From Planctomycetota bacterium (GTDB lineage Bacteria > Planctomycetota > JBFWNO01): a stretch of DNA of 64,000 nt. The position numbers and the translations under genes are program-made. Location: NCBI GenBank assembly GCA_050251015.1, contig JBFWNO010000002.1:12775-76774 (forward strand), read 5' to 3'. Of this stretch, positions 43,049 through 50,977 are shown piece after piece (position 1 is the stretch's first letter; every line of letters begins with the position of its first letter). A model generated the notes under the pieces. The model did not search any database and was not told where the DNA came from. It worked only from the letters and a program-made list of their open reading frames with translations.

Positions 43049-43408
43049 CTAGGCCCTGTCGTCCAGGATGGCTCCGGCATTGCCATGGAGTCTTTCCATG
43101 GTGCGGAGGAATTCATCGGAGGGAATCTCCCTGACAAGTTTCCCATTCCCGTCGGCCACCCGGATCTGCACCCTGTCGGTGGGTTCGTGGTAGAAAAAAC
43201 TCAGGTGTTTGGTCAGGCGGTTGATCTGCTCCAGCCTCCGTTCGATGGGGACTTCGGCCCTGTCTTGGGCTTCCTCAAGGGCGGCTTCCTCTTGTGCGGG
43301 AAGGGCTGCTGGGGGAGCTTCCGGAACCATGCGGGGTCCTCCAGGCTGGCTTTCAGCCTGGTTGAATGAAGGGGCAAGGGGTGGAAGGATCTGGGCAACC
43401 GGTTCCAT
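43049..43408 (-). CDS. flaG: FlaG-family protein
   Basis: The C-terminus LSFFYHEPTDRVQIRVADGNGKLVREIPSDEFLRTMERL fits FlaG. It sits between flagellin and fliD. Confidence 0.75.
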   Translation of the reverse strand: MEPVAQILPPLAPSFNQAESQPGGPRMVPEAPPAALPAQEEAALEEAQDRAEVPIERRLEQINRLTKHLSFFYHEPTDRVQIRVADGNGKLVREIPSDEFLRTMERLHGNAGAILDDRA

Positions 43409-43432
43409 GCTCGAGGCTTCTCCTTAATCAGG

Positions 43433-43460
43433 GCTTCGACAAAAAAAGCTCCCAACTTGA
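43433..43460 (-). promoter_or_regulatory. Sigma-28-like promoter candidate for flaG-fliD-fliS: TCAAGTTG-N12-GTCGAAGC
   Basis: Read on the minus strand. It resembles TAAAGTTT-N11-GCCGATAA and the two other candidates in this window. An AAGGAG RBS follows. Confidence 0.4.
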
Positions 43461-43466
43461 GTGAAT

Positions 43467-43485
43467 CAAGTTGAAGTTCAACTTG
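43467..43485. repeat. Perfect 19-bp palindrome CAAGTTGAAGTTCAACTTG in the flaG upstream region
   Basis: Read directly. A third CAACTTG half-site lies at 43453-43459. Confidence 0.6.
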
Positions 43486-43557
43486 AAAAAATAAGAAGCA
43501 AGTGATGGCGCATCGCAATAAAATTAATTCTATTGTCCATTTGTCAATAAAGGGTCT

Positions 43558-43586
43558 AAAAAAATCGGGGACCCTAAGGTCCCCGA
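43558..43586 (-). terminator. Rho-independent terminator of the flagellin gene
   Basis: On the minus strand, the 9-bp stem TCGGGGACC/GGTCCCCGA with a 4-nt loop is followed by a run of seven U. It lies 24 nt after the stop. Confidence 0.8.
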
Positions 43587-43609
43587 CTTGGTTGGCTTGT
43601 TCCCTAACC

Positions 43610-45061
43610 TTAGGCCAGGAGAGAGAGAACCGTTTGCGGGATAAGGTTGGCCTGCGCCAGAACCGCTGTTCCCGCCTGCACCAGGATTTGGGTCCTGGTG
43701 AACTCCGCCGTTTCTGTGGCGAAGTCGGTGTCCCTGATCCTCGACTCCGAAGCCGCGATGTTTTCGATCGCGACGTTGAGGGAGTTGATGTTCGACGTCA
43801 GGGTGTTCGCCTGGAAGGCGCCCATCTTGGCCCTGATTGTGGTCACATCGTCGATGGCCGCCCTCAGGATCTTGGTGGCCCTCTCGGGATCCAGGATCAG
43901 CGTGGAGTCGCCCCCCGTGACAATGTCACTGAGGTAGCCTCCGGCCTCGGAGCTGCCCAGGCTGTCGCTGCCCATCCGGCTGATACCCACGAAGGCCTGC
44001 TCACTGGTGCGGGCCCCCGATCCCAGCTGGAAGGCCATGCCGCCTCCCGTGACGTAGAAGGTGTGGCTTGCCACGCTCTGGCCTCCCGTCACAACATAGT
44101 TGTTGTTGAAGAAGTTGGCTGAGACGGTGAGGTCGGCCTTGATCTCAAAGGTGTTGATCGAGAAGTTCAGGCCATTCCCGGCAATCTTCGAGCCGTTGAT
44201 GGTTCCGTCGATGTTCCTGCCCTCATCGTAGGCATTGATCAGCTGGGAGGTTGTCAATGTCGACCTGAGGTCCTGGACCCTGACGAATTGGTCGAGGCCG
44301 TGGAACTCGCTGCGGAAATACATGATGCTGTTGCTCAGGTGGGCCACCACACCGGTGTTGTCCGTTGTGGAGTTCACAGCAGCCACCACGGCACTGCGTG
44401 TCTGGCTAGTGTTGAAGGCAAGGAGCTGGGAACCCTTGTTGCCCGTCACCAGGATGGATGCACCGCTGAGACCCACTTGGTTCGACGTGCTGACCTGAGC
44501 CTGGCTGGCATTGTCGGTGATCCTGATGCGCACCGCGATCTGCGAGGTGCCGTTGGTGATCTTGGCGCTGTTGATGCGGAACTCTGTGATCCCGCCACCA
44601 CTGATACCGGTGTTCACACCGGAGGTGATGTAGCCGGCCTGACCGTTGAGCATGTCCAACCCGGCGAAGTTGGCCGTGTTGGCGATGCGGTTGATGGTGT
44701 CGACAGCATCGTCGATCTGGGCTTGGTTCGCGAGAATTTCCTCGTCAGACAAGGCTCCGTCGTTGGCGGCTTCAAGCACAAGGTCCTGCATACTCAGGAG
44801 GAGGGTGTTCATTTCAACCAAGGCGCTCTCGGCTGTAGCGATCATGTTCTGAGCCCTCTCCGAGTTCTCGACGGCCTGCTTGAGACCGCTGACCTGGGCC
44901 CTGAGTCGCTCGGAAATGACCAATTTCGCTGGTCCGTCACTGGCACGGTTGATCCGGAATCCGGTGCTCAACCTTTCCAGGGACTTGCCCAACTGCTTGT
45001 TTGATTTGTTCAGGGCCGCAATGGCTGTGAACGACGCGATGTTGGTGTTGATTCTGGTCAT
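43610..45061 (-). CDS. fliC: Flagellin
   Basis: 483 aa. The N-terminus is MTRINTNIASFTAIAALNKSNKQLGKSLERLSTGFRINRASDGPA. The C-terminus is IRDTDFATETAEFTRTQILVQAGTAVLAQANLIPQTVLSLL. Confidence 0.95.
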   Translation of the reverse strand: MTRINTNIASFTAIAALNKSNKQLGKSLERLSTGFRINRASDGPAKLVISERLRAQVSGLKQAVENSERAQNMIATAESALVEMNTLLLSMQDLVLEAANDGALSDEEILANQAQIDDAVDTINRIANTANFAGLDMLNGQAGYITSGVNTGISGGGITEFRINSAKITNGTSQIAVRIRITDNASQAQVSTSNQVGLSGASILVTGNKGSQLLAFNTSQTRSAVVAAVNSTTDNTGVVAHLSNSIMYFRSEFHGLDQFVRVQDLRSTLTTSQLINAYDEGRNIDGTINGSKIAGNGLNFSINTFEIKADLTVSANFFNNNYVVTGGQSVASHTFYVTGGGMAFQLGSGARTSEQAFVGISRMGSDSLGSSEAGGYLSDIVTGGDSTLILDPERATKILRAAIDDVTTIRAKMGAFQANTLTSNINSLNVAIENIAASESRIRDTDFATETAEFTRTQILVQAGTAVLAQANLIPQTVLSLLA

Positions 45062-45102
45062 CTCTCTTCCTCCTTGAAACCTTGACCCGGACGTCCTTGT
45101 CC
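45062..45102 (-). promoter_or_regulatory. Flagellin 5' leader with candidate CsrA-binding GGA motifs
   Basis: The minus strand reads GGACAAGGACGTCC (AAGGA in the loop of a 4-bp hairpin, 45089-45102), TCAAGGTT, and TCAAGGAGGAAG overlapping the SD (45069-45075). Confidence 0.5.
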
Positions 45103-45203
45103 AGGATGGTCTTCGCTCTCACTCGAGGAAGGCGGGCCTTTTCAGCCCAGTGACCCGCGGTGCTCTCACACACCTCGGGCATCCTCTCCCTCTTCATCAG
45201 CAT

Positions 45204-45230
45204 TCTTCGGCAGAAGAATTGGAATCTTCA
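45204..45230 (-). promoter_or_regulatory. Sigma-28-like promoter candidate for flagellin: TGAAGATT-N11-GCCGAAGA
   Basis: Read on the minus strand. It would give a leader of roughly 145 nt. Confidence 0.45.
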
Positions 45231-45330
45231 CCACAACTTTGAGGCCAATTTATGGCGTACAAACGCCATATTTCGTTAATTCGCGAATTTAAATGACGGA
45301 TGGATGCCCCCGTTGGGGGGATCGAGGGGG

Positions 45331-45552
45331 TCAAACCAGGTTGTCGAGATCCCCGAGATCCTCGGGGCGCTGGCGCTGAGCATCCAGGTTTTCACGCCGG
45401 ATGGCCTCATAGACCTCCCTGCGCAGGATCACCGTTTCCTTGGGAGCCTCGATCCCAAGGCGCACCTTATCACCCCGGATGTCGACCACGGTGATAATCA
45501 CACCGTCACCGATCATGATGCTTTCATCCTTCGAACGGGTAAGGACGAGCAT
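45331..45552 (-). CDS. csrA: Carbon storage regulator CsrA
   Basis: MLVLTRSKDESIMIGDGVIITVVDIRGDKVRLGIEAPKETVILRREV. Confidence 0.95.
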   Translation of the reverse strand: MLVLTRSKDESIMIGDGVIITVVDIRGDKVRLGIEAPKETVILRREVYEAIRRENLDAQRQRPEDLGDLDNLV

Positions 45553-45972
45553 TCAGCCTATCTCATGCCGGCTGGTCCAGCGACCGGAGTTGACGACATA
45601 CTGCATGCCCAGCCTCCGGGCCGGATTGAGAATCAACGGCCCAAGGAGATTCAGTGTGGGCTTGTCGGGTTTGGCGGGCACCCTCAGGATCGCCAGAACC
45701 TGGGCCTCCTCCAATGTCGAGAGTGCGAGGGGTGTTAGCTCGCTGATTTTCAGGGCTACATGGTAATCCGCCACAAACCTCCTCGGGTCGCACACAGGAA
45801 ATGCGACATCGGCAGATTCCATGGACTGGAGCCATTGGAGTGCCGCCCCACCCGGATGCGGCACCAGGCAGAAGCGTCGCAATTCCTCCAAGCCCAGGAG
45901 TCCAAGGGGGAAAAGATACTCTCCCTCAACGGGAATCTCAAGCTGGCCAAAGCGTGTGGTCTCGACCTTCAT
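45553..45972 (-). CDS. fliW: Flagellar assembly factor FliW (CsrA antagonist)
   Basis: MKVETTRFGQLEIPVEGEYLFPLGLLGLEELRRFCLV...NLLGPLILNP. It abuts csrA. Confidence 0.92.
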   Translation of the reverse strand: MKVETTRFGQLEIPVEGEYLFPLGLLGLEELRRFCLVPHPGGAALQWLQSMESADVAFPVCDPRRFVADYHVALKISELTPLALSTLEEAQVLAILRVPAKPDKPTLNLLGPLILNPARRLGMQYVVNSGRWTSRHEIG

Positions 45973-45973
45973 C

Positions 45974-48148
45974 CTAGATATAGCTTAGAAGGGAGACTTC
46001 GAGGATCCTGGAGGCTGACATGAGGGTGGCCTGAAGGGCCACCTGCTGGAGCTGGAGCTCGGTGAGCTTCTCGGCCAGGTCGATGTCCTGAGTGGCGCTA
46101 AGTTCTTCTGAAACAAAGGTGTTCTGTGTCTCCAACTGAGTTGAAGTGAGGGTGAGGCGCTCAAGCCGCCCCCCCACCCTGGCCCTTCCCTGCAAGAGCT
46201 GGTCGAAGGCCTCGTCGATATCCTGCCCGGCCTGCTGGATGGCCCCGCCATCGTTGCCTGTCAGGCCGTTGATCAGGTCGGTGATGGCCGAGAAGAGGGA
46301 ATTGACCTTCAGGGATGTCACATCATCACTGTCAACCGTGGCCGCCACGGGCTGTCCAATCTCAAGGCCCAACTGCTCCAGAACATTAGAGTTCCCGTCA
46401 CGCAGGGTGATCGACGTTCCGGAAAGCCTGAGTTTATTGCCATTGACGGTGTTGAGACTGGCCGTCACGGCGCCGCCCGTCTGGGCATTGATGGTGTTGA
46501 CAATGTCTTGGAGGGTGGTGGCTGAGCTGAGGTCGATGTCGTAATCGACATTGTTTTCCGTGATCACGAAATCGGTACCCGGCGCAAAATCAAGGCCTTT
46601 TCCGTGGCGCAGGGATGAAATGTTTGTGGATCCTGTCATAGTAAGGATTCCCAATTCCTGTGGAGTCTGGTCTCCGGCATTGATCTGCGAAATAGAGAAT
46701 TCGCCTCCCGACAACCTTGAGCGGATGTTCAGGCCGGTGCCGGCGGCATTGATCGTGGCCACCAGCTCCATGGATCGGTCGTCGCTGGTCTCGGCGTTGT
46801 TGATCAGGTCCAGCACATCACCCATCGTCACGGCGGTGCTCAGGTCGATATCGGCGGTCCGGCTCCCGTTGATCACGTGGATGGACCCCAACGAGAGAGG
46901 ATTGGTGACGGCGCCGCTCATGTCGGCAATCAGGGTCTCCTCCGTCACGACGGGATTGGTGTCGGTGCCTGTGATCACACCGCCGGCATTGGTACCATTG
47001 ATGCCCAGGTCTTCGGCCGTGGTGACCCCATTGAGCGAGGCGATGGTGATCGAGGTGCCGTTGCTGTCCGTGACAACAAGCCCGTTTCCGGTCCCGTTGA
47101 GGCTGACCTTCAGTCTGCTGGATGCCGCCTCGATGCGCTCCCTGACATCCATGATGGTCCTGGCGTCCGTGAGATCGACATCAAGATTTTGAGCGGGCCC
47201 GGCCAGAGTGATGCGGATGGATCCTTCTTGAACCCCGTTTCCGGCATTCAGGGTCGACAGGGCGGTAGCATTGCGACCCTGGGAAATGCTGTAGCGGCTG
47301 GTGGCGTCAAAGGCCTGGGGAAAGGCGTCTCCGGCCGCGATGGTGACCGTCCCCGTTGCCGGCACGTACCCGGAGATCGTGCCGTGGGATCCTTCGTTGG
47401 TTCCATCGTAGACATACACCTCCCGCCCGATGAGATCCGCGGCTGTGTACCCGGCACCTATCAACGAACTGTCAGTGAAGGTGGTGGTGGTGCCTGCCGC
47501 CGTCACGCTGTGACCATCAATGCTCCCCGCGCCGAAATTCAGTCGTGGATTGAGATTGGCGGTCCCCTTCTTTTCCACGCTGAGGGCCCCAAAGGCCGTC
47601 GTCGGATTGAGCGTAATGCCCATGAACTGCCCCTGGGCAATGGATGCCAGGAGCTCGGTTTCATCGCCATGAAACACGACTTCGTTGCCATCCATCACAA
47701 AGGGGGTCCGCGCGGCGTCGGCACCAGCAAACAGGAATTGATCGCCCACCTGAGTGTTGGCTAGATGCACAAGATTCTTGAGTGCCTGCGACACCGTTTC
47801 CGAGGTCGCCAGGCGCATGGCCGCGCTGCTGCCGCTGTCGGCCATGTCGATCGCCAGGGCCTGGATATCGATGGTGGTCGCATTCATCTGGGCCAGCACA
47901 CCATCGCTCTGTTCCAGCTTGGATCGGGCATATTCCACGGCGTTCGCAAATCCGGCATTGGCTGATAGAAGAGCCTGCAGACGGATCACCCTGGACGCAC
48001 CTCCAGGATCCTCATGCGGCTTGATGATTCGCTGCTGGGAACTCAACTGGAGGTTGAGGTGAGCGATGTCTTGCTGGGCCGAGAAAATGTTCCTTCGCAC
48101 CTGGTCGAACAGGCTCATGTTGGACACACCTCGAAGGCTCGGTGTCAT
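45974..48148 (-). CDS. flgL: Flagellar hook-associated protein 3 FlgL, expanded
   Basis: 724 aa with flagellin-like N- and C-terminal helices. The start is either the ATG at 48148 (ATGA overlap with the flgK stop) or the ATG at 48118. Confidence 0.85.
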   Translation of the reverse strand: MTPSLRGVSNMSLFDQVRRNIFSAQQDIAHLNLQLSSQQRIIKPHEDPGGASRVIRLQALLSANAGFANAVEYARSKLEQSDGVLAQMNATTIDIQALAIDMADSGSSAAMRLATSETVSQALKNLVHLANTQVGDQFLFAGADAARTPFVMDGNEVVFHGDETELLASIAQGQFMGITLNPTTAFGALSVEKKGTANLNPRLNFGAGSIDGHSVTAAGTTTTFTDSSLIGAGYTAADLIGREVYVYDGTNEGSHGTISGYVPATGTVTIAAGDAFPQAFDATSRYSISQGRNATALSTLNAGNGVQEGSIRITLAGPAQNLDVDLTDARTIMDVRERIEAASSRLKVSLNGTGNGLVVTDSNGTSITIASLNGVTTAEDLGINGTNAGGVITGTDTNPVVTEETLIADMSGAVTNPLSLGSIHVINGSRTADIDLSTAVTMGDVLDLINNAETSDDRSMELVATINAAGTGLNIRSRLSGGEFSISQINAGDQTPQELGILTMTGSTNISSLRHGKGLDFAPGTDFVITENNVDYDIDLSSATTLQDIVNTINAQTGGAVTASLNTVNGNKLRLSGTSITLRDGNSNVLEQLGLEIGQPVAATVDSDDVTSLKVNSLFSAITDLINGLTGNDGGAIQQAGQDIDEAFDQLLQGRARVGGRLERLTLTSTQLETQNTFVSEELSATQDIDLAEKLTELQLQQVALQATLMSASRILEVSLLSYI

Positions 48149-49878
48149 CAGAGACCGTTGATCAATGTATCCAGGAGTTCGTCAACCACGCCGATGTAGC
48201 GCGCCGCGCCCTGGAAGGCCCGTTGATAAGTCATGAGATTCACGATCTCCTCGTCCACATTCACGCCGCTCACCGCTTGACGCTCGTTTTCAAGGCTCTG
48301 AACAACGGCCATCTGATTGGCCGCCGTGTCGTGGAGCCGCGCCGTATTGGTGCCGACATTCCCCACCAGGCCACGATAGAACTCCTCGAGCGTCTGGCTG
48401 TCACCGGCCAGCACACCCGTGGTGCGCAGGGATACAAGGTTCAGGATGTTTGTGTTGTCGGCGACGGCCGTTGTTGTGCCGCCTGCCAGGAAATCCGTGT
48501 TCCCCTCCAAGACGGCGTTGATCGACATCCCTCTCGCTCCTTCACCGAGAAACATCGCGCCCCATCCGAGGGCGTGCAGGGCACCCGAACTGTCGTCGGT
48601 GAAGGAAAATGTCAACGAGGAGTTGGAGGATTCCATCACCAATCGGCCTTTGGAATTGATGGTGGCCGTGATGCCGTTGAATCCGGCGGAAGTCATGTCG
48701 GCATTGATCTCGTCACGGAGGCTTTCAAGCGTGGTGTCAAACCCGATGCCATCCGCATCGACCTGGATCTGCACCGGCGTGACGGTTCCGTTGTTGGCAT
48801 TACGCACCTGGATCACGAAGGAGCCGTTGGCCACGCTCCGGGAAAGACCCGACTGGTTGAGGGCGATATTGGTGGCGACAGTCGGGGTTTCCCAACTTGT
48901 CAGCGTGGAATAGCCCTGGAGACCGTATCCCGTGGTCTGGATCGCATTGACTTCCTTCATGAAGGCGTTGGCCAGGGTGTCCAGGTCGTCGATGACATCG
49001 GTGACCAGGGTGTCCCTGGCCTCCATGAGTCCGTGGAGCCTCCCGGATCTTAGGTTCAGGGGAACGAGATTGTCCGTGAAAATGGGTGTGGTCACCGAGA
49101 CGCCGTCCACCACCTCTTGGCTGAGCTCAATGGCCCTGGCCTTGCCATCCATCACCACGTAATCCCCCGAAATGCTGACGGTCACGGAACCCGTGGCCTG
49201 CTCGGAAACGCTGATGTTGACGATCTCGGCCAGTTGCCTGAGCGCTTCATCGCGTTGGTCCCGCAGGTCGTTGGCGTCCCGCCCGTTGATCACCTCATTC
49301 CCGCTCTCAAGGGACACAATGCCCTTGTTGAGATTGGCAATCCTTGAGGTCAGCACATTGATCTGGTCCACGGCGGAAGACACCTCGGAATTGACATTGG
49401 TGCGCAGGTCTGTGAGTTGGGTGCCTAGGGAGTTGAAACGTTGGCTGAGGAGGGAGGCCGACTGAAGGACTCCTTCACGCAAGCCGCTGTCCTGCGGATT
49501 GCTGCTCCACTCCTGAACCGCCGAGAAAAAAGCGTCCATGCCGCTGGACAGATCGTTGTCCCCGAGTTCGTTGAGGATAGTCTCGACCTGCTGCATGATC
49601 TTGTCGCGCTCTTCCAGCGACTGGAGCGAGCCTCCCTGGTTGCGGATCGCGGTTACGAGGTACTCATCCACCTGGCGGGCAATGCGCTGGACCTCCACTC
49701 CCCTTCCGGCCAGGGGGGGCGAGGCTCCCTGCGGCGCCGAAATGGCGCTCATGTGGGCCCTTTGTCGCGTGTATCCGGCCGTGTTCACATTGGCCAGGTT
49801 TTGACCCGTGACTTGGATCCCGGTCTGCTGGGCCCTCAGGGCCGACGCACCCAGCCTCAAAGAGCTGAAAAGTCCCAT
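48148..49878 (-). CDS. flgK: Flagellar hook-associated protein 1 FlgK
   Basis: MGLFSSLRLGASALRAQQTGIQVTGQNLANVNTAGYTRQ. The C-terminus is GVNVDEEIVNLMTYQRAFQGAARYI. Confidence 0.93.
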   Translation of the reverse strand: MGLFSSLRLGASALRAQQTGIQVTGQNLANVNTAGYTRQRAHMSAISAPQGASPPLAGRGVEVQRIARQVDEYLVTAIRNQGGSLQSLEERDKIMQQVETILNELGDNDLSSGMDAFFSAVQEWSSNPQDSGLREGVLQSASLLSQRFNSLGTQLTDLRTNVNSEVSSAVDQINVLTSRIANLNKGIVSLESGNEVINGRDANDLRDQRDEALRQLAEIVNISVSEQATGSVTVSISGDYVVMDGKARAIELSQEVVDGVSVTTPIFTDNLVPLNLRSGRLHGLMEARDTLVTDVIDDLDTLANAFMKEVNAIQTTGYGLQGYSTLTSWETPTVATNIALNQSGLSRSVANGSFVIQVRNANNGTVTPVQIQVDADGIGFDTTLESLRDEINADMTSAGFNGITATINSKGRLVMESSNSSLTFSFTDDSSGALHALGWGAMFLGEGARGMSINAVLEGNTDFLAGGTTTAVADNTNILNLVSLRTTGVLAGDSQTLEEFYRGLVGNVGTNTARLHDTAANQMAVVQSLENERQAVSGVNVDEEIVNLMTYQRAFQGAARYIGVVDELLDTLINGL

Positions 49879-50372
49879 TAGGCGCTCCTGTCAAGGAGTG
49901 TGCGAACACCCAAATGGGAATTCGTGCCCCTTGCCTCATAGGCCAGGTTCAGGTGGTGACCCGTGATGATTTGAAACAGTCCACTCAGGTGCTCAAGGCT
50001 CTGCCTCACCAGCACGCTGTTGCCCTCATTTTCACGGTTGAGTTCAAGGCTGAGGTCCTTCAGGCGCTTCCGCAGGCCTGCCAAACGGATTCCCTCAGGA
50101 CCCTCCACCATGCCGGCAATGTCACCCAACGTGCATTGACCCTTCAGCCCTCTCGAGGCCGCCCAGGCATCCTGCAGGGCCCGCCGCCTGGCTTCCAGGT
50201 TCCTGAGTGTGCTGGCCAAGCCCTCTTCTTCCGCTAGGATCTCCCCGAGGGATTGATGGCGGCCGGCAATGAGCTCGGCCCGCTTGAGGCGTTCCAAATC
50301 CCTCAACTGCTCGTAGTTGCGGATCTCAGCCTCAACGACCAGGCTTAGCTTGCTGAGGTTGTTTTCCATCAT
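49878..50372 (-). CDS. flgN: FlgN-like export chaperone
   Basis: 164 aa, helical, immediately upstream of and overlapping flgK. The assignment is partly positional. Confidence 0.55.
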   Translation of the reverse strand: MMENNLSKLSLVVEAEIRNYEQLRDLERLKRAELIAGRHQSLGEILAEEEGLASTLRNLEARRRALQDAWAASRGLKGQCTLGDIAGMVEGPEGIRLAGLRKRLKDLSLELNRENEGNSVLVRQSLEHLSGLFQIITGHHLNLAYEARGTNSHLGVRTLLDRSA

Positions 50373-50377
50373 CGGTA

Positions 50378-50405
50378 CTATCGGCTTTCCTCAAGTGCAA
50401 CTTCA
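50378..50405 (-). promoter_or_regulatory. Sigma-28-like promoter candidate for flgN-flgK-flgL-fliW-csrA: TGAAGTTG-N12-GCCGATAG
   Basis: The -10 matches the consensus at 7 of 8 positions. It ends only 5 nt before the flgN ATG, which implies a leaderless or near-leaderless mRNA. Confidence 0.35.
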
Positions 50406-50413
50406 GGGAATCT

Positions 50414-50977
50414 TCAGTTGAACTTGAGCTTTTGGGGCTCTTGCGGGGCCACATTTATCTTCACGGGGACCCTGTCAGCGCCCTCAAGAATCAACTTGTC
50501 GGCGCGATGAACCGCATCCGACAGGATGTCATCCATACCTTGCAGGGCATCTTCATCGGGTAGGAAACCAGGGTCTGTAGCCAAGGCCATTTCCACCTCG
50601 GCCAGGCGCTGGACCCAAAAATCGGCCTGCCTTTGCAGGGACCTGTTGTAGGAGCGCATGAAATCCTCAGTCAAAGGGTTGTGGCGCCTGACCAATTGGC
50701 CATCGCCATCAAGCCTTGTACTCGTTTTTTTCGCCATCCTCAGACCCATCTCCTGATCAAGCTGTCCGGTGAAAACCTCTTCCGCCCTCCCCCCCCCGAA
50801 CATGGGGTTTCCAGGCAAGGTTTGCCTCATGCTCGAAAGCATCTGGCCATAAAACACGCCGACAAATTCGTCCACGCGCTTCGGGGCCTCCTCCCTCATG
50901 CGCCCAAGCTCGCCCAGCTTTCGCTGGATGAAGCTCCTCTGGCGACCAAGGTCGGTTTGGACAGCCGCGTCGATCAT
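50414..50977 (-). CDS. flgJ: Rod-binding (FlgJ N-terminal-like) protein, no muramidase domain
   Basis: FVGVFYGQMLSSMRQTLPGNPMFGGGRAEEVFTGQLDQEMGLRMA fits the Rod_binding pattern. It occupies the flgJ position after flgI. Confidence 0.6.
   Translation of the reverse strand: MIDAAVQTDLGRQRSFIQRKLGELGRMREEAPKRVDEFVGVFYGQMLSSMRQTLPGNPMFGGGRAEEVFTGQLDQEMGLRMAKKTSTRLDGDGQLVRRHNPLTEDFMRSYNRSLQRQADFWVQRLAEVEMALATDPGFLPDEDALQGMDDILSDAVHRADKLILEGADRVPVKINVAPQEPQKLKFN

Noticed and set aside
43502-44122. A plus-strand 206-aa ORF, and others, antisense to the flagellin gene.
   Set aside because: They lie entirely within the well-supported minus-strand flagellin CDS. There is no RBS and no recognisable protein features.
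45251-45270. Hairpin TATGGCGT-ACAA-ACGCCATA, together with the nearby palindrome AATTCGCGAATT (45278-45289) downstream of csrA. Considered as a csrA terminator, or as a sigma-28 -10 (GCCATAAA).
   Set aside because: No U-run follows the hairpin on the transcribed strand, and no TAAA-type -35 lies at a workable distance from GCCATAAA. The TGAAGATT-N11-GCCGAAGA site fits better. Its function is left open.
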